In this document: positions 8,506 through 17,863 of the stretch, in pieces
How positions within the stretch are numbered: the stretch's first letter is position 1
How the letters are laid out: each line of letters begins with the position of its first letter
Virus record (IMG/VR): IMGVR_UViG_3300035014_000032
Coordinates: 1 to 39,400 of that record
Strand: one strand, 5' to 3'
From: a virus
Lineage: Duplodnaviria > Caudoviricetes
DNA: 39,400 nucleotides
Position numbers and translations under genes: made by a program
Notes under the pieces: generated by a model
The model's database searches: none
The model's input: the letters and a program-made list of their open reading frames with translations, nothing else
What the model was told of the DNA's origin: nothing

Positions 8506-9203
8506 GCGGCTGGCTGGCCCTCCATCGCGGCTGGCGCGACTGCGACGCTTTTGAGCCTCGCCGTGATCCCATGGCGGACGAAGACGCATGGCTGTGGCTG
8601 ATCGAGCATACCGCATGGAAGCCAATCCGCCGCACGGGCGGGCAGGGGCAGGTGGTCAGCCTGGAGCGGGGTCAGATCCACATTTCCGACCGTGCGCTGT
8701 CCACGGCTTTTCACTGGGACAAGAAGCGCGTTCGTCGCTTCATTGAGCGCCTTGAGGCGCATTCAATGATTCGCGCACATCGGGACCAGTCAGGGACCAT
8801 CCTAACCATCTGCAATTACGACAAATATCAGCAGATCGAGCAGAAGGAGGGACCAGCTAAGGACCAGCAAAGGACCACACAAGAACAAAGGAAACAAGAT
8901 TCTGCTTCTAACGAAGCAGGCGTTCCGCCCGCTGACACTGTGAAGGCCATCTTCGACATTGGCGTCACACTCTTGGCCGCTTCGGGACATGACAAACGCT
9001 CCTCCCGCTCCATCGTGGGCCGCTGGCGCAAAGACTACACCGACGCACGGGTGCTGGAGGCTCTGCTCGACTGCAAAGCCCGCCAGATCACCGATCCCGT
9101 AACCTGGATGCCGAAGCGCCTTGGCTCGACACCGAGCAATGGGCTGGACGCGCTGCGAGAGCAGGCCGCGCGGTATCGCAACGTGAAGAGGCACGCAGCA
9201 TGA
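8502..9203 (+). CDS. Phage replication initiator (lambda O-like/DnaD-like N-terminus)
   Basis: MSGWLALHRGW...AWLWLI...LERGQ...LTICNYDKYQ, with internal iterons. Confidence 0.8.
   Translation: MSGWLALHRGWRDCDAFEPRRDPMADEDAWLWLIEHTAWKPIRRTGGQGQVVSLERGQIHISDRALSTAFHWDKKRVRRFIERLEAHSMIRAHRDQSGTILTICNYDKYQQIEQKEGPAKDQQRTTQEQRKQDSASNEAGVPPADTVKAIFDIGVTLLAASGHDKRSSRSIVGRWRKDYTDARVLEALLDCKARQITDPVTWMPKRLGSTPSNGLDALREQAARYRNVKRHAA
8783..8899 (+). repeat. Putative replication origin: GGACCA iterons plus A-rich tract
   Basis: GGACCA at 8783, 8794, 8850, 8861 and 8872 (11-bp period within each cluster), then AAGAACAAAGGAAACAAGA. Confidence 0.75.
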
Positions 9204-9249
9204 CCCAGATCAATTCCACCAAGCGCGGAGAGGCGCGGGAGGCGAGAGC

Positions 9250-10119
9250 GTGAGCGCGGCACACGACTGGACCCACGACGGTCTGATGCGCGACTTGGCC
9301 GGCTACCTGCGCGGACCGGACACGCTTGTCTGGGAGGACATGCAGCTCGGCCCCAGCGGCTCACCGCGGCCCGACGTATTCACCCTGCGCAAGTCCTACA
9401 GCAAGCCGCTGCCGACCGCCTTTGAGTGCAAGGTTTCGCGCTCGGACCTTCGCAGCGACACGACCAGCGGCAAGTGGCAATCCTACCTGAAGTTCGCCGG
9501 GTCCGTCACCTTCGCGGTTCCAGACGGCCTGTGCACGGTTGCGGACATTCCTGATGGCTGCGGCTTGATCGTGCGCAAAGCCGAGGTGTGGCGATATGCC
9601 CGCCGCCCCACCGTCCAGCACGTCACACCCCCGTTCAGCGCTTGCATGAAGTTGCTAATTGATGGGGTGAACCGAGTTTCGCAGCCGAGCGAGCCCCGAC
9701 CGCGCACCGCCAAGCTTTGGGAAGAGCATGCGGCGGTCCGCAAGAAGTTTGGTGCCGCTGTGGCGAAGGCCGCGCGCGATCTGGCTTCGGCTCAGAAAGA
9801 CGCGGCAGAGCGCCAGGAGCACGAGCGGTATCTCTATCAACAGGCGCAGCAGCGAGCCGAAGCACACGGAAGGTATTTGACCGAGCAGGCTCGCAAGAAC
9901 GCTGGTGAATACGAGCAGGTAAAGGCCGAAATTTGCGAATGGTTGGGGCTCGGGCTCGATACTAGCATCTTCAACGTCAGACGCCGGCTCACCGAAATGC
10001 GCGCGGAATGCAATGCTGATCTTCGCGTTCAGGCGGTTGAGGCCAAGCTTGCTGCGGCTCGCCGGTCTGTTGAGGCGGCAACCCATGTGCTCGCGGAGAC
10101 CGTGAGTGCCGCAGCATGA
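9250..10119 (+). CDS. MmcB-like PD-(D/E)XK nuclease with coiled-coil C-terminus
   Basis: RPDV...FECKVSRSDLRSD...KWQSY...FAVP. Confidence 0.7.
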   Translation: MSAAHDWTHDGLMRDLAGYLRGPDTLVWEDMQLGPSGSPRPDVFTLRKSYSKPLPTAFECKVSRSDLRSDTTSGKWQSYLKFAGSVTFAVPDGLCTVADIPDGCGLIVRKAEVWRYARRPTVQHVTPPFSACMKLLIDGVNRVSQPSEPRPRTAKLWEEHAAVRKKFGAAVAKAARDLASAQKDAAERQEHERYLYQQAQQRAEAHGRYLTEQARKNAGEYEQVKAEICEWLGLGLDTSIFNVRRRLTEMRAECNADLRVQAVEAKLAAARRSVEAATHVLAETVSAAA

Positions 10120-10270
10120 TGCGCCTCTTACCGCATTCATCCTCTGGATGCTCAAGGCAGATGCAGAGCGCCTTGCTCGCGATCCTGCCGTCATCGCCAA
10201 GCACTTCGGCATTCCGAACGTCGATCACGTCCGCGGCTACCTGCGGATCAATGGAGGGAGAGAAGCATGA
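10106..10270 (+). CDS. Hypothetical 54-aa protein, possible HTH
   Basis: Manual translation from GTG 10106 after GGAG: MPQHDAPLTAFILWMLKADAERLARDPAVIAKHFGIPNVDHVRGYLRINGGREA; ends in an ATGA overlap. Confidence 0.5.
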   Translation: MPQHDAPLTAFILWMLKADAERLARDPAVIAKHFGIPNVDHVRGYLRINGGREA

Positions 10271-10557
10271 CTGACATGGACGATGGCTTCTTCGACGATG
10301 CCGGGCGCTGGTGGCCGAAGAATGCGGAGTGGTGCGATCGCTGCCAAGGTATGGGCACGGAGGAGTGCGACTGCGGCGGGGGTTTCTGCTGCTGCGGCGC
10401 CGGCGACAGTCTCACCTGCCGCCGCTGCGATGGCGAGGGATACTGGATCCCGACACTGGCCGATCTGAAGGCGCGAGCTGAAACGGCGAAGTGGTGGCGC
10501 GAACTCCAGAACAGTCTGCCCGCAATTGATAGCCCCGGAACCCCCACCCATGACTGA
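10267..10557 (+). CDS. Cys-rich zinc-finger protein (DnaJ-type CxxCxGxG repeats)
   Basis: CDRCQGMG and CRRCDGEG, plus additional cysteines. Confidence 0.7.
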   Translation: MTDMDDGFFDDAGRWWPKNAEWCDRCQGMGTEECDCGGGFCCCGAGDSLTCRRCDGEGYWIPTLADLKARAETAKWWRELQNSLPAIDSPGTPTHD

Positions 10558-10623
10558 CACACCCGAGCTGATCGCGGTGGCGAGGGACAAGACATTTCAC
10601 GATCACATTGTTGGGGAGGGGGA

Positions 10624-10968
10624 GTGATGGGGATGTTGCCAGCCTATCTTGAGGACCTGGTTCCGACCGAACGCCTTCGGGCGCATCAGGCGAGGGGAAC
10701 GATTTACCGGGCGCTGTTCCGCGCTGCCCGCCAGCAGCAGCCGTGCCCTACAGCCGACATGCTCTGCGAGATTACGGGCCTGTCGCCTTCCGTCACGGTC
10801 TATCACATGCAGGATCTGGAGCGCCGCGGCATGATCCGTGTCTGGCGGTATCAGCGCAGTCGTGTGGTGCAGATCGTGTGCACCGGGGAGAAGACGGCGC
10901 CCAGCAACGAGACGCAGCCGCATTGGCGGAAACGTGCGTCGATTCAGTTGGCCGAAGCGGCAGAGTAG
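10624..10968 (+). CDS. LexA-N-like winged-HTH protein, candidate late regulator
   Basis: PCPTADMLCEITGLSPSVTVYHMQDLERRGMIRV; last gene before terS. Confidence 0.7.
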   Translation: MMGMLPAYLEDLVPTERLRAHQARGTIYRALFRAARQQQPCPTADMLCEITGLSPSVTVYHMQDLERRGMIRVWRYQRSRVVQIVCTGEKTAPSNETQPHWRKRASIQLAEAAE

Positions 10969-10971
10969 GAG
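10938..10971 (+). promoter_or_regulatory. Late promoter 1 (terS)
   Basis: GTCGATTCAGT-N17-TAGGAG, ATG 5 nt later. Confidence 0.7.
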
Positions 10972-10976
10972 GGGGT

Positions 10977-11474
10977 ATGGGCCGACCGAGCAGCTACACC
11001 CCGGAGATGGGCGACAAGATCTGTGAGCAGCTTATTGAGGGGATGAGCTTGCGCAAGATTTGCCTTGCCGAGGACATGCCGAGTACGTCTGCGGTGTGTC
11101 GGTGGCTGGGGACGAACGACACCTTCCGTGAGCAATACGCGCGCGCGAGGGAGGCGCAGGCAGAAACGCTGGCCGATGAGATCCTCGATATCGCGGACGA
11201 TGGCACGAATGACTGGATGGCCGACAAAGAGGCTGAGGACGGCGTTAGGTACAATGGTGACGCCGTTCAGCGGTCACGGCTGCGGATCGACTCCCGTAAG
11301 TGGCTGGCGGCAAAGATGCTGCCCAAGAAGTACGGAGACAGCGCCACCGTGCGCCATGCCGATGCGGACGGCGAGAAACTGAAGACGGATGACGTGGCGA
11401 TCGTCACGCGCCTTGCTGCGCTCGCTACGTCTATCCAGGGGCGCAACGATGACGCTGCCGACGACGCCGGCTGA
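10977..11474 (+). CDS. terS: Terminase small subunit
   Basis: MGRPSSYTPE...ICEQLIEGMSLRKIC...LRIDSRKWLAAKMLPKKYG (Sf6-type TerS pattern). Confidence 0.9.
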   Translation: MGRPSSYTPEMGDKICEQLIEGMSLRKICLAEDMPSTSAVCRWLGTNDTFREQYARAREAQAETLADEILDIADDGTNDWMADKEAEDGVRYNGDAVQRSRLRIDSRKWLAAKMLPKKYGDSATVRHADADGEKLKTDDVAIVTRLAALATSIQGRNDDAADDAG

Positions 11475-13032
11475 GTGGGATGCGCTGCTTGCGCGCGCTA
11501 CGCCGGCTGAACGTGCGGAGATCGAGGCGCTGTTCGAGGCGGATCTCGCGCGGCATATTTGGCGCCCCCAGGTCGGTAGGCAGTCGGAGGCAGCGGATAG
11601 TCTCGCGTTCGTCACCGGCTATGGTGGCGCTGCTGGTGGTGGTAAGTCGGATCTGATCGCGGGGCTGGCGCTGACCCAGCATAAGAGATCCGCGATCTTC
11701 CGCCGAGAGAAGACCCAGACCGAAGGTATCGTGCAGCGCCTGACTGAGATTATCGGGGGCACGGCTGGCTACAACAGCCAGAAATCGTCTTGGCGCATTG
11801 ATGATCGACTGATTGAGTTCGCCGGCCTCGACAACCCGACCGACCACCAGAAGTGGCAGGGGCGCGCGCACGACTTCAAGGCGTATGACGAGGTGACGGA
11901 GCAACGGGAGGCGCAGGTGCGTTTCACGATGGGCTGGACCCGCTCCAACGATGCCAATCAGCGCTGCCGCGTCCTCATGACGTTCAACCCGCCGACGACG
12001 GCGGAAGGGCGCTGGGTGATCGATTATTTCGCGCCATGGCTGGACGATCGCCACCCGAACCCCGCGAAGCCTGGCGAGCTGCGATGGTTCACGACGCTTG
12101 CGGGCAGGGACGTGGAGGTCGAGAGCGACAAGCCCTTTGTGATCTTCAAGGGCGAGCCGCTCTATGACTTCGACCCGTCCGACTTCGGAGCCGAGAAGAT
12201 CATCTCGCCGAGGTCGCGCACGTTCATCCCTAGCAGGGTGACGGATAATTATTTCTACGTGCGCTCGGGCTACATCCAGACGCTGCAATCCCTGCCTGAG
12301 CCATTGCGGTCGCAGATGCTCAATGGCGACTTTGCAGCCGGCATGGAGGACGATCCGTGGCAGGTGATCCCGACCGCATGGATTGATGCCGCCATGGAGC
12401 GGTGGGAGCCGCGAACCACAAAAGGGCCGATGGATGCGATCGGGGCCGATATCGCGGCCGGCGGCAAGGATGACATGGTGATCGCGCGTCGGCATGGAAC
12501 ATGGTTCGACGAGCCGGTCCACATTCCCGGCATCGAATTGCCGCAGGACCGCGCCGGCCCGTTGGCTGCCGGCCATATCCTCACGCGACGCACCGATATG
12601 GCCGTGATCCTCGTCGACGTGATCGGCTGGGGTCTGTCGTGCTATAACTTCCTGATCGCCAACGGCGTGCAGACCGAGGCGGTCAACTTCGCGCAGGGCA
12701 CAAAGGATCGCAGCAAGGATGGGCGCCTGTCGTTCGTCAATCTACGGGCGCAGATGATCTGGCGAATGCGTGAAGCGCTTGACCCGACGAACCCCGATCC
12801 GATCTCGCTGCCTCCTAATCCAAAGCTGCGTGGTGATCTCGCGTCGTACAAGTGGGAGCTGCGGCCGGGCGGCATCTTCATCCAGCCGAAGGAAGAGCAA
12901 AAGAAGAAGCTGATGCGTTCGCCTGATGACGGGGACGCCTATTGCATGGCGCTGACGCCAGTGATCAAGAATGAGGTGTTTGACGCTATGGTGTCTCACC
13001 GCAGCTACGATCGCTACGCCGAGCTAGACTGA
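11449..13032 (+). CDS. terL: Terminase large subunit
   Basis: GGAAGGGKS Walker A, AYDE Walker B, TFNPP, nuclease motifs GADIA and RSPDDGDA. Confidence 0.93.
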   Translation: MTLPTTPAEWDALLARATPAERAEIEALFEADLARHIWRPQVGRQSEAADSLAFVTGYGGAAGGGKSDLIAGLALTQHKRSAIFRREKTQTEGIVQRLTEIIGGTAGYNSQKSSWRIDDRLIEFAGLDNPTDHQKWQGRAHDFKAYDEVTEQREAQVRFTMGWTRSNDANQRCRVLMTFNPPTTAEGRWVIDYFAPWLDDRHPNPAKPGELRWFTTLAGRDVEVESDKPFVIFKGEPLYDFDPSDFGAEKIISPRSRTFIPSRVTDNYFYVRSGYIQTLQSLPEPLRSQMLNGDFAAGMEDDPWQVIPTAWIDAAMERWEPRTTKGPMDAIGADIAAGGKDDMVIARRHGTWFDEPVHIPGIELPQDRAGPLAAGHILTRRTDMAVILVDVIGWGLSCYNFLIANGVQTEAVNFAQGTKDRSKDGRLSFVNLRAQMIWRMREALDPTNPDPISLPPNPKLRGDLASYKWELRPGGIFIQPKEEQKKKLMRSPDDGDAYCMALTPVIKNEVFDAMVSHRSYDRYAELD

Positions 13033-13036
13033 CCGC

Positions 13037-13070
13037 TTCGATTCAACGTCTGACTGGCCCGCGATAGTCC
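13037..13070 (+). promoter_or_regulatory. Late promoter 2 (pre-portal)
   Basis: TTCGATTCAAC-N17-TAGTCC. Confidence 0.8.
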
Positions 13071-13097
13071 CTGCCCAATGCGGCAGGAGACGATCTG

Positions 13098-13289
13098 ATG
13101 TGCGGTATCGGCAAAACGCCGGAAGTGCCGACCATTCCTGAGCGGCAGGCAGTGAAGGCGCCCGACCAGAGCGCGCCTGATATGGGTGTTACCGATCGCG
13201 CGCGCCGTCGTCGCGGCATGATGGCCTCCATCCTCACCAGCGCGCAGGGTGCAACGGGCGCAGTCAGCACGACGCTGGGCGGTGGTTGA
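13098..13289 (+). CDS. Small pre-portal virion protein
   Basis: MCG...RRRRGMMASILT...TLGGG pattern typical of genes upstream of podoviral portals; AGGAG SD. Confidence 0.75.
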   Translation: MCGIGKTPEVPTIPERQAVKAPDQSAPDMGVTDRARRRRGMMASILTSAQGATGAVSTTLGGG

Positions 13290-14935
13290 TGGCTGAAACG
13301 CTGCGGGAGCGGCTGGAGCGCCGTTACGCCGGCCTGAAATCCGCCCGGCAGTGGGTTGAGAGTGATTGGCGCGAAATTGCTAAGTTCGCCATGCCGTCAC
13401 GCTCGCGCTTTCTGAACAGCGAGGCTAACCGCAAGCGCACGTTCCGCCTGCTTGATGATTACGGGGTCGGATCGTTTCGCACATTGCAGGGCGGCATGAC
13501 GAGCGGGCTCTCGTCACCATCGCGCCCATGGTTCGCGCTCGAAACCAGCGACGACATGATGGCGGACCATGAAGTCCGCGGCTTCCTGTCCGACGCCGAG
13601 GAAACGATGTACCGCTTCCTGGCGGGCACGAACTTCTACAGTTCGGCGAAAGAAGGGTACGGCGAACTAGGCGCGTTCGGTACGGAAGCCTGCGTCATGG
13701 AGTGGAATGATCGCGCCGGTACGGCGATCTTCCATCAGTTGACCGCCGGTGAATACTGGCTTGGTGTCTCCAACGCGCTGGTGGCGGACACGCTGTATCG
13801 CCGCGTGCCTATGACGGTGAAGCAGGTTGTGGACCGCTGGGGCAATGCCGCCTCGCCGTGGGTGCGCGGTCAATACGATCGATCGAGCTATGACGCGATC
13901 GTTCCCGTCATGCACGCTGTGGAGCCGCGTGCCGACCGCAACCCCCTGCGGATCGATGGGCGCAACAAGCCATGGGCGTCGATCTATTGGGACGAGAACG
14001 CAGACAAGCGCAGTGACACGCTGAGCGAAAGCGGCTTCGACGTGAAGCCATTCTATGCCCCGCGCTGGTCCGTGATCGGCCATGACGCCTGGGGCTATTC
14101 GCCGGGTATGGACGCGCTGCCGTCCCTTCGCGAGTTGCAGCTTCAGGCCAAGCGCCGGAACGAGGCGATCGACCAACTGATCAAACCTGAAAAGGTGGTC
14201 GCTGCCAACGTCAAGCTGACCGGCAATCCCGGTAACATCGTCTCTGTGGCCTCCATCACCGAGCAGATGGTGCAGGTGCCGTACCAGATGCCGTACCAGG
14301 CCATTCAGGCAACAGCCGATCAGGTCGAGCGATGCCGGCAGCAGATAGACATGATGTCTTATGCCGACCTGTTCATGGCGATCACCAACATGCAAGGCAT
14401 CCAGCCCCGCACGGTGGAGGAAATCGCTAGCCGTAACGAGGAAAAGCTGACGCAGCTTGGCCCGGTCATCGAGCGGGTGAACACGGAAAAGCTGGAAGTC
14501 GTGATCGACTGGACCTTCGCGCAACTGTCCGCGAAGGGCCTGTTCCCTGATCCGCCGGAAGCCATCCAGGGTGTGGACCTGAGGGTCAACTTCGTTTCGA
14601 TCCTGACGCAGATGCAGCGCATGGTCGGTATCGGCCAGATCGAGCGCACGGCCGGCTTCATCGGCAATCTCGCGGGTGTGTTCCCCGAAGCGGTGGACAA
14701 GCTCGACGTTGACGAGATGATCGATGAATATGCCAGCCGGGCGGGCGCGCCGGCCAAGATGATCCGCACCGCGGACATGGTGGCGTCGATCCGCAATCAG
14801 CGGGCGCAGCAGCAGGCGGCGCAGCAGGCGGCCGAGAACATGCCGGCAATGCGCGATGGGGCAGAAGCGGCGCGGCTCCTGTCTGAGACAGACGCGAGCG
14901 GGGGCTCGCTTCTCGATAGCCTGATGCCCGCATGA
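13289..14935 (+). CDS. Portal (head-to-tail connector)
   Basis: GLSSPSRPWF, LGAFGT, RTVEEI...EEKLTQLGPV; T7 gp8/BPP-1-like. Confidence 0.93.
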   Translation: MAETLRERLERRYAGLKSARQWVESDWREIAKFAMPSRSRFLNSEANRKRTFRLLDDYGVGSFRTLQGGMTSGLSSPSRPWFALETSDDMMADHEVRGFLSDAEETMYRFLAGTNFYSSAKEGYGELGAFGTEACVMEWNDRAGTAIFHQLTAGEYWLGVSNALVADTLYRRVPMTVKQVVDRWGNAASPWVRGQYDRSSYDAIVPVMHAVEPRADRNPLRIDGRNKPWASIYWDENADKRSDTLSESGFDVKPFYAPRWSVIGHDAWGYSPGMDALPSLRELQLQAKRRNEAIDQLIKPEKVVAANVKLTGNPGNIVSVASITEQMVQVPYQMPYQAIQATADQVERCRQQIDMMSYADLFMAITNMQGIQPRTVEEIASRNEEKLTQLGPVIERVNTEKLEVVIDWTFAQLSAKGLFPDPPEAIQGVDLRVNFVSILTQMQRMVGIGQIERTAGFIGNLAGVFPEAVDKLDVDEMIDEYASRAGAPAKMIRTADMVASIRNQRAQQQAAQQAAENMPAMRDGAEAARLLSETDASGGSLLDSLMPA

Positions 14936-15285
14936 GTGAGCGCGACGATATCGCCTGGCTGATGGAGCAGCCGCAGTTCCGTCGCTTCCTGTTTCGTTCG
15001 ATTCAAACGGCCGGCGTCCTCTCGTATCGGGCGATTACAGCCAACGGGTCCGATGGCCGCGATCTCGCATATGCCGAGGGGCGCAGGAGCCTGGGGTTAG
15101 ACATCCTCCGTGAAGCGGATGCGGCACTGCCGGCCCCGCTTCAGAGCCCGTCCTGCACGCACACGCTGGCGGCGATCATCGCGGAGGCTTCCCAGACACC
15201 TACGGAGAAACCCAATGCTAGACGCAAGCCCGACCGATACGACGACCTCAGAGACGACGGAGACGACGACGGAAGCGCCGGCTGA
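14932..15285 (+). CDS. Bbp19-like protein
   Basis: WLMEQPQFRRFL...AYAEGRRSLGL; located between portal and scaffold. Confidence 0.75.
   Translation: MSERDDIAWLMEQPQFRRFLFRSIQTAGVLSYRAITANGSDGRDLAYAEGRRSLGLDILREADAALPAPLQSPSCTHTLAAIIAEASQTPTEKPNARRKPDRYDDLRDDGDDDGSAG
14997..15030 (+). promoter_or_regulatory. Late promoter 3 (scaffold/capsid, intragenic)
   Basis: TTCGATTCAAA-N17-TATCGG. Confidence 0.7.
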
Positions 15286-15898
15286 TGCCGCGCCGGCCGA
15301 AGTCGCTGCGTCTCCCGCCGAAGGCTCAATCCTTGGCGGCGATGCTCCAGCGAAAGAAGGCGAGCCGCCAGCGGTCGATCCTGCACCCGTCGTGCCAGAA
15401 AAATACGAGCTGTCCGCCCCTGAGGGGATGACGTTCGATGACGACGCGTTGGCGGTCGCCGATCCTGTGTTTCGCGAGCTTGGGCTGACCAATGACGCTG
15501 CGCAGAAGCTGATGCCAGTCGCCGGCGATTTCGCACAGCGCGTTGCCTCCGCCGCGCTGGAACGGGCGCAGGTCGACGCTGAGACGCAGTTCGCGGCGCA
15601 GAAAGCAACTTGGGCTGACGAGGCAAAGAAGGATGCAGAGATTGGTGGGGCGAAGTGGGACGAGACGGTCACGCTGTCCGCCCGCGCGCTGGACATGCTC
15701 GGCTACCCCGCCGGTTCGCCGTTCCGCCAGTTTCTGACGGAAACCGGGCTCGGCAATCACCCGGAAATGATCCGCGCTATGCGCCGCATCGGCGAGCGTG
15801 TGAGCGATGACAGTTTCGAGCGCGGCAATGGCGCTTCGAATACCCCGCCCAAGAGTGTGGCGGATCGCTGGTATCCCAAAAAGGAAGGGACTAACTGA
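15215..15898 (+). CDS. Capsid scaffolding protein
   Basis: GGAG SD; acidic low-complexity N-terminus; PEKYEL; GLGNHPEMIR. Confidence 0.85.
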   Translation: MLDASPTDTTTSETTETTTEAPADAAPAEVAASPAEGSILGGDAPAKEGEPPAVDPAPVVPEKYELSAPEGMTFDDDALAVADPVFRELGLTNDAAQKLMPVAGDFAQRVASAALERAQVDAETQFAAQKATWADEAKKDAEIGGAKWDETVTLSARALDMLGYPAGSPFRQFLTETGLGNHPEMIRAMRRIGERVSDDSFERGNGASNTPPKSVADRWYPKKEGTN

Positions 15899-16938
15899 TG
15901 GCTACGCTCGGCAGCAGCTACTACAATCTCGCCGATTACTTCCGCTCCCTCGCACCCGATGGGCAGAGCGTCGATGCCGACATGGTCGAGATGCTGATGC
16001 AGCTCACCCCTGTTGTGCAGGACGCGATCACCATCGTGGCGAACAAGGGCACCGAACACATGCACGCCGTTCGCGACGTGCTGCCTTCGGTAACGTGGGG
16101 CCGGCTGTATCGCGGCATTCCGCAGTCGAAGAGCGGGCGTTCGTCCGTTACCGATCGCACCGGCTTCGTGGAGGGTCTTTCGACCATCGACAAGCGGCTG
16201 CTTGACCTGGCGGACGGCAATGAAGCGGCCGTTCGGCTGTCCGAGGCGCGCGGCTTCGTGGAAGCGATGTGCCAGGAGGTCGAGAAGACGATCTTCTACG
16301 GCGACGAGATCACCACGCCGGAGAAGTTCAAGGGCCTTGCTGCGCGCTACAACTCGCTTGCCAATCCGAATGTGATTGATGGCGGCGGCTCGGGCGCGGA
16401 CAACACGTCGATCTACGCGGTGACGTGGGCCGAAGATCTGACGGCGCTGATCCACCCCAAGGGCACGCCTGCCGGTCTTCATCGCGAGGACAAGGGCGAG
16501 CAGCGCGTCACGGACTCGACCGGCGCTTATTACGTCATGGAAGAGCTGTTCCGCTGGTCGCTCGGCCTGGTCGTGAAGGACCCACGGTACAACTTCCGCA
16601 TCGCCAACATCGACGTGTCCAACGTGCAGGCGGGGACGGTCGATCTGTACGGCCTGCTTCGCAAGGCGTCCTATCGCTTGCAGGCGCGTCGCTCGACCAA
16701 GATGCTGAAGCCCGACGGCGCGCCGAACCCGAGCGCTGCGAGCGAAGGCCGCACGGTTCTCTACATGAACCGCGACATGCTCCAGGCGCTTGACGCGCTG
16801 GCAACCAACTCGGGCAACGGTGACAATTTCGTTCGCCTGACCCCGATGGAGCTGGAGGGCAAGGAGGTCATGTCCTGGCGCGGCATTCCGATCCGCGAAA
16901 CCGACGCCCTGCTCAACACCGAAACCGTCGTGGCCTGA
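15898..16938 (+). CDS. Major capsid protein (BPP-1-like)
   Basis: IFYGD...PEKFKGLAARY...IANID...SWRGIPIRETDALLNTE. Confidence 0.93.
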   Translation: MATLGSSYYNLADYFRSLAPDGQSVDADMVEMLMQLTPVVQDAITIVANKGTEHMHAVRDVLPSVTWGRLYRGIPQSKSGRSSVTDRTGFVEGLSTIDKRLLDLADGNEAAVRLSEARGFVEAMCQEVEKTIFYGDEITTPEKFKGLAARYNSLANPNVIDGGGSGADNTSIYAVTWAEDLTALIHPKGTPAGLHREDKGEQRVTDSTGAYYVMEELFRWSLGLVVKDPRYNFRIANIDVSNVQAGTVDLYGLLRKASYRLQARRSTKMLKPDGAPNPSAASEGRTVLYMNRDMLQALDALATNSGNGDNFVRLTPMELEGKEVMSWRGIPIRETDALLNTETVVA

Positions 16939-16960
16939 CCGGCCAGAAAAGGAGACTGAC

Positions 16961-17395
16961 ATGGCAATCGTGGACAACACGCTGGTCTATAGCGACGGGC
17001 AGGCCATCACGGCGACCGCCGCTTCGACCAACATCATCGACCATCTGAAGCCGGGCACGCCCTATGGCTGGTCCTCGCCGCTGATGCGCGATCTGGGCAA
17101 CGGCGCGGATATCCCGCTGTCGGTGCTGGTGACGCAGACGTTCAACAACCTCACGTCGCTGACCGTGGCGTTTCAGGTGTCCGATGACGCGGCGTTCACC
17201 ACGCCGGTCACGGTCGGGCAGTCGGGCGCCATCCCGCTCGCCAGCCTGACCGCTGGCAGCCGGATCACCTTCCCGTCCGAGATCCCGGAAGGGACGACGA
17301 AGCAGTATTCGCGCCTCTATTACACCGTGGCCGGCACTGCTCCGACAGCGGGCAAGATCTTCGCCGGCGTCACTGCCGGCAAGCAGACGGCATAA
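16961..17395 (+). CDS. Capsid cement protein (Bbp16-like)
   Basis: SDGQAITATAASTNIID...RLYYTVAGTAPTAGKIFAG. Confidence 0.85.
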   Translation: MAIVDNTLVYSDGQAITATAASTNIIDHLKPGTPYGWSSPLMRDLGNGADIPLSVLVTQTFNNLTSLTVAFQVSDDAAFTTPVTVGQSGAIPLASLTAGSRITFPSEIPEGTTKQYSRLYYTVAGTAPTAGKIFAGVTAGKQTA

Positions 17396-17407
17396 GGAGC
17401 AACTGAC

Positions 17408-17779
17408 ATGGCAGTGAACACCTATATCGCCTTGTCCGCCGGCTACGTTGACGGTGAGATCAAGGAAGAGGGCTCGACGTTCGCGACCGAGTTCAAGGGC
17501 ATCAAGCGTAACGAGCAGGGCGAGGTCGAGCGCGACAAGAACGGCAACCCGGTCATGGTCGCCATCAAGGACCCGTCCTGGGTGCGCCGCATTTCCCCGG
17601 CCGACGCGGCTGCGGTGGATGCTGCTACCGATCGCACGCCGGATGACATCAACGTCGGGGCGATGAGCTTGGTCGAGGCCAAGGCTTATGCCGCTAGCAT
17701 CGGCGTCGATGTGACCGCGCTGAAGAAGCAGGAAGACGTTGTCGCCGCGATCAAAGCGGCTCGCCCTCCGGTGATCTAA
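17408..17779 (+). CDS. Hypothetical virion-associated protein
   Basis: AAGGAG SD; last gene before a strong hairpin. Confidence 0.75.
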   Translation: MAVNTYIALSAGYVDGEIKEEGSTFATEFKGIKRNEQGEVERDKNGNPVMVAIKDPSWVRRISPADAAAVDAATDRTPDDINVGAMSLVEAKAYAASIGVDVTALKKQEDVVAAIKAARPPVI

Positions 17780-17787
17780 TCCCTACC

Positions 17788-17830
17788 GCCGCCGGCCCGC
17801 TGCGTATCATGCGGGCCGGCGGCTTCGATT
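17788..17830 (+). terminator. Probable intrinsic terminator after the capsid cluster
   Basis: 13-bp stem GCCGCCGGCCCGC/GCGGGCCGGCGGC followed by TTCGATT (weak U tract, shared with the next promoter). Confidence 0.6.
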
Positions 17831-17857
17831 CAATGCGGCTCGGCTGCCCGATAGGGT
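17824..17857 (+). promoter_or_regulatory. Late promoter 4 (tail adaptor, likely leaderless)
   Basis: TTCGATTCAAT-N17-TAGGGT-N6-ATG. Confidence 0.8.
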
Positions 17858-17863
17858 CCGCCC

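Noticed and set aside
4123-10270. Recurrent GCATGA and many proteins ending in Ala-Ala
   Set aside because: Ordinary ATGA stop/start coupling in phage operons, not a repeat element.
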